DNA of 20,000 bases from Anaerolineae bacterium (GTDB taxonomy: Bacteria; Chloroflexota; Anaerolineae; B4-G1; DUEL01): NCBI GenBank assembly GCA_041082215.1, contig JBDOIF010000014.1, forward strand, positions 53,973 through 73,972, written 5' to 3'. The translations under genes were made by a program, and so were the position numbers. Positions 16,535 to 20,000 of the stretch are shown piece by piece; position 1 is the stretch's first letter, and the number at the start of each line of letters is the position of its first letter. The notes under the pieces are model-generated. The model did not search any database. It had not been told where the DNA came from and worked only from the letters and a program-made list of their open reading frames with translations.

Positions 16535-17194
16535 ATGCGCGCGGTCATCTTCGCCAACGGCCGGTTTCCCAACCCGGCGGCCCACCGCCACCTGATCCGT
16601 CCCGACGACCTGATCGTCGCCGCCGACGGGGGGACGGCCCATGCCCGCGCCCTCGGCCTCACCCCCCACGTCGTCATCGGGGACCTGGACTCGCTGGAGC
16701 CGGAGCTGCGGGCAGAACTGGCGGAGGCCGGCACCCGCTTTCTCGCCCACCCCTCCGCCAAGGATGAGACCGACCTGGAGCTGGCCCTCCTCTATGCTGC
16801 CCGGCAGGGCGCAGAGGAGGTCCTCATCCTGGGCGCGCTGGGGGGGCGAATTGACCAGACCGTTGCCAACCTCCTCCTCCTTGCCCACCCTGCGCTGGCG
16901 GGGATCCGGATATGGGTCATCGAGGGCGCACAGACCGCCTTCCTCATCCGCGACGAAGCCCTCATCGAGGGCAACCCTGGCGACTCCGTCTCCCTCATCC
17001 CCCTGGGAGGCGATGCCAGGGGGATCACCGCCGAGGGGCTGCGATGGCCCCTCCACAGCGAAACCCTCCGCTTTGGCCCCGCCCGGGGCGTCTCCAACGT
17101 CCTCCTGGGAAGGCAGGCCCGGGTGCACGTGCAGGAGGGAACCCTCCTGTGCGTCGTCATCCATCAATCCAATCTCAAGGAGGAAGGGAGATGA
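16535..17194 (+). CDS. thiN: Thiamine pyrophosphokinase
   Basis: AADGG, IGDLDS, KDETDLELAL, GALGGRIDQ, GVSN; under the TPP riboswitch. Confidence 0.94.
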   Translation: MRAVIFANGRFPNPAAHRHLIRPDDLIVAADGGTAHARALGLTPHVVIGDLDSLEPELRAELAEAGTRFLAHPSAKDETDLELALLYAARQGAEEVLILGALGGRIDQTVANLLLLAHPALAGIRIWVIEGAQTAFLIRDEALIEGNPGDSVSLIPLGGDARGITAEGLRWPLHSETLRFGPARGVSNVLLGRQARVHVQEGTLLCVVIHQSNLKEEGR

Positions 17195-18261
17195 AGAAAC
17201 AGACAGTCGCTCTCGTCCTGACGGCCCTGTTGCTGGCCGCCTGCGCACCGTCCACCCCGGCCCCCACGCCGACGCCGACCGGACCGCGCACGCTCACAGT
17301 GATGACCCACGATAGCTTCGACATCAGCGAGGAGACCATCTCCGCCTTCGAAGAGGCCAACAACGCCCACGTGGAGATCCTCAAGTCGGGCGACGCGGGG
17401 TTGATGCTGAACCAGGCCATCCTCAGCGCCGAGAACCCTCTGGCCGACGTCATCTACGGGGTGGACAACACGCTGATGAGCCGGGCACTGGAAGGGGGGA
17501 TCCTGGAAGCCTACAACTCGCCCCTCCTGGCCCAGATCCCCGACCACCTGGAGCTTGACCCTGATCACTACCTCCTGCCGGTGGACTACGGCGATGTCTG
17601 TCTGAACTACGACAAAGGGTGGTTCGCCGAGCAGGGGCTGGAACCCCCACAGAACCTGGAGGACCTGGTGAAGCCGGAGTACAGGGGGCTGACGGTGGTC
17701 GAAAACCCGGCCTCCTCCTCCCCCGGCCTGGCCTTTATGCTCGCCACCATCGGCCACTTCGGCCTGACGGGGGGCTACACCTGGCTGGACTACTGGGCCG
17801 AGCTGCGGGACAATGACGTTCTGGTGACCGACGGCTGGGAGGATGCCTATTGGGGACACTTCACCTACGCCTCCGACGGCAACCGGCCCATCGTCGTCAG
17901 CTACGCCTCCAGCCCGCCGGTCGAGGTCTACTTCTCCGGCGAGGAGTTCGAAGAGGCGCCGACGGGGGTCGTGGTCGGCGACGGTAGCTGCTTCCGCCAG
18001 ATCGAGTTCGTCGGCGTCCTCAAAGGCACCCGAAACCGGGACCTGGCGGAGGCGTGGATTGACTTCATGCTGGATAAGACCTTCCAGGAGGACATCCCGC
18101 TCCATATGTTTATGTTCCCGGCCAACGAGAACGCCGCGCTCCCGGACGTCTTCGCCCGCTTCGCCATCATCCCGGAGAACCCGGCCTTCGTCGCCCCGGC
18201 CGACATCCAGGCCAACCGGGAGGCATGGGTCGAGCAGTGGACGGAGACGGTGTTGCGGTGA
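17191..18261 (+). CDS. thiB: Thiamine ABC transporter substrate-binding lipoprotein
   Basis: ATG 17191 overlaps the thiN stop (ATGA); lipobox LAAC; MTHDSF, GDAG, GVDNT, SSPGLAF, VSYASSP, CFRQIEF. Confidence 0.93.
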   Translation: MKKQTVALVLTALLLAACAPSTPAPTPTPTGPRTLTVMTHDSFDISEETISAFEEANNAHVEILKSGDAGLMLNQAILSAENPLADVIYGVDNTLMSRALEGGILEAYNSPLLAQIPDHLELDPDHYLLPVDYGDVCLNYDKGWFAEQGLEPPQNLEDLVKPEYRGLTVVENPASSSPGLAFMLATIGHFGLTGGYTWLDYWAELRDNDVLVTDGWEDAYWGHFTYASDGNRPIVVSYASSPPVEVYFSGEEFEEAPTGVVVGDGSCFRQIEFVGVLKGTRNRDLAEAWIDFMLDKTFQEDIPLHMFMFPANENAALPDVFARFAIIPENPAFVAPADIQANREAWVEQWTETVLR

Positions 18262-20000
18262 GCCAGCGTAAGGGGGCAAGTGGGCAGGTGGGCGGGCTTC
18301 TGCGCCTTCCCCTTGCCCACTTGCCACTGGCTTACCTTTCACTTGCTCTCCTGCCCCTCGTCTTCCTTCTCCTCTTCTACTTCTACCCCCTCGCCTCCAT
18401 TCTGGCCCTCTCCCTGGCCCCCCAGGGCCGGCTGGACCTGACGTCCCTGGCCCGGCTGGTGAGCAGCCCCTACTACCTGAAGACGCTCTGGTTCACCGTC
18501 TGGCAGGCGGCCCTCTCCACGCTGCTGACGGTGGCCCTGGGGCTACCGGGGGCCTACGTCTTCGCCCGCTACCGCTTCCCCTCCCGGTCGGTGCTGGAGG
18601 CCCTCATCACCGTCCCCTTCGTCCTCCCCACCGTGGTGGTGGCGGTGGCCTTCACCGCGTTGCTCGGCCCCCGCGGCTGGCTCAACCTGACGCTGATGCG
18701 GCTCCTGGGGCTGGATCGCCCCCCGCTCGACCTTCAGGGAACGCTGGCAGCGATCCTCGTGGCCCATGTCTTTTACAACGCAGTGCTGGTGGTGCGGATG
18801 GTGGGGACCCTGTGGGCTAACCTGGACCCCTCGCTGGCGGAAGCGGCACGGGTGCTGGGGGCGAGCCGGTTGAGGGCCTTCCGCGAGGTGACGCTGCCGC
18901 TCCTGGGCCCCTCCCTCGGCGCTGCCGCCCTCCTCACTTTCATCTTCTGCTTCACCAGCTTCGGCGTGATATTGATCCTGGGCGGGGGCCACTACGCCAC
19001 TCTGGAGGTGGAGATTTACTACCGCACCGTCTATCTGCCCAACCTTCCGCTGGCGGCAGCGCTGGCGCTGGTTCAGATCCTGGTCACGTTTGGCCTGATG
19101 ACCGCCTACACCCGCATCCAGACAGGTCTGGCGGTGCCCCAGACCCTGCGGCCCCGGCGGGTGACACAGCGGCGTCCCCGGGCCGGGGAGTGGGCGGTGC
19201 TGGCGGCGGCCCTCATCCCCCTGCTCCTCCTCCTGCTGGCCCCCCTGGCCGCCCTGGCCGAACGCTCGCTGACGGTGGGGGAGGTCAGCGGGCTGGCCCA
19301 TTATCGGGCGCTCTTCACCAACCCCCGGCGATCCATCTTCTACGTCCCCCCCATCGCCGCCGTACGCAACTCCCTCCTCTTCGCCCTGGCGACAATGGGG
19401 CTTTCGGTGATGCTGGGGATGATGGTGGCGGTGACGATCGCCGGTGGCCGGGGGGGTACAGCTGGCAGAAGCGCAACTCCATGGCGCCCCTACCTGGCCC
19501 GGCTGATGGACCCCCTCTTTATGCTGCCCCTCGGCACCTCGGCCGTGACGCTGGGGTTGGGCTACATCGTCGCTCTGGACGAACCGCCGCTCAACCTGCG
19601 CACATCACCGGTGCTGATCGTGCTGGCCCACACCCTGGTGGCCCTCCCCTTCGTCGTCCGCTCCGTGCTGCCGGCGCTTCGCTCCATCCACCCCCACCTG
19701 CGGGAGGCGGCGGCAGTGCTGGGAGCCTCCCCCTGGCAGGTCTTCCGGGAGATTGACCTGCCCATCGTGGCGCGGGCGATGGGGGTGGGGGCGGTCTTTG
19801 CCTTCACCGTCTCGATGGGCGAGTTCGGCGCCACCTCCCTCCTGGTCCGCCCTCAGTTCCCCACCATGCCCGTCGCCATCTACCGGCTGCTGGGCCAGCC
19901 GGGGGTGACCAACTACGGGCAGGCGCTGGCGATGTCCACCCTGCTGATGCTGGTCTGCGCCGCCGGATTTCTCCTCATCGAGCGGTTCCGGGTGGGGGAG
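18258..20000 (+). CDS. thiP: Thiamine ABC transporter permease (3' end just beyond the window)
   Basis: Not in the ORF track. Frame open from GTG 18258 (GTGA overlap with the thiB stop) to the window end; two EAA loops (EAARVLGAS, EAAAVLGAS), PFVLPTVVV, FTSFGVIL, SMGEFGAT. Confidence 0.9.
   Translation, partial: MSQRKGASGQVGGLLRLPLAHLPLAYLSLALLPLVFLLLFYFYPLASILALSLAPQGRLDLTSLARLVSSPYYLKTLWFTVWQAALSTLLTVALGLPGAYVFARYRFPSRSVLEALITVPFVLPTVVVAVAFTALLGPRGWLNLTLMRLLGLDRPPLDLQGTLAAILVAHVFYNAVLVVRMVGTLWANLDPSLAEAARVLGASRLRAFREVTLPLLGPSLGAAALLTFIFCFTSFGVILILGGGHYATLEVEIYYRTVYLPNLPLAAALALVQILVTFGLMTAYTRIQTGLAVPQTLRPRRVTQRRPRAGEWAVLAAALIPLLLLLLAPLAALAERSLTVGEVSGLAHYRALFTNPRRSIFYVPPIAAVRNSLLFALATMGLSVMLGMMVAVTIAGGRGGTAGRSATPWRPYLARLMDPLFMLPLGTSAVTLGLGYIVALDEPPLNLRTSPVLIVLAHTLVALPFVVRSVLPALRSIHPHLREAAAVLGASPWQVFREIDLPIVARAMGVGAVFAFTVSMGEFGATSLLVRPQFPTMPVAIYRLLGQPGVTNYGQALAMSTLLMLVCAAGFLLIERFRVGE
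18275..18325. repeat. 8-nt periodic inverted repeat inside the thiP 5' end
   Basis: GGCAAGTGGGCA (18275-18286) is the exact reverse complement of TGCCCACTTGCC (18314-18325). Confidence 0.7.

Overview
GC-rich bacterial chromosomal window, most likely Chloroflexota (Anaerolineae-like). The assignment is inferred from the dnaB-dnaD-double-ATPase dnaC cluster and a C-terminal YLPLxxR sorting motif. Left to right: 5' end of a beta-propeller sensor protein (minus strand, runs off the window); alpha/beta hydrolase and Fe-S uracil-DNA glycosylase; membrane-anchored TolB-like propeller fused to an M15-type Zn peptidase domain; orphan GAF-PAS histidine kinase; replication operon (DUF151 nuclease, dnaB, DnaD-domain protein, tandem-ATPase helicase loader) behind a ~165 nt structured leader; two paralogous membrane proteins; comM; secreted LTD/PLD-family protein; TPP riboswitch-controlled thiN-thiB-thiP (runs off the window). 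The non-coding DNA is the richest part: two copies of a 192 bp MITE with imperfect TIRs and 9 bp target duplications, each between divergent promoters; several 7/8/9-nt periodic repeats; GTAG-type hairpins, one splitting the thiN Shine-Dalgarno from its start codon. No CRISPR array, rRNA, tRNA or transposase seen. All family calls are by motif recognition; no database search was run.
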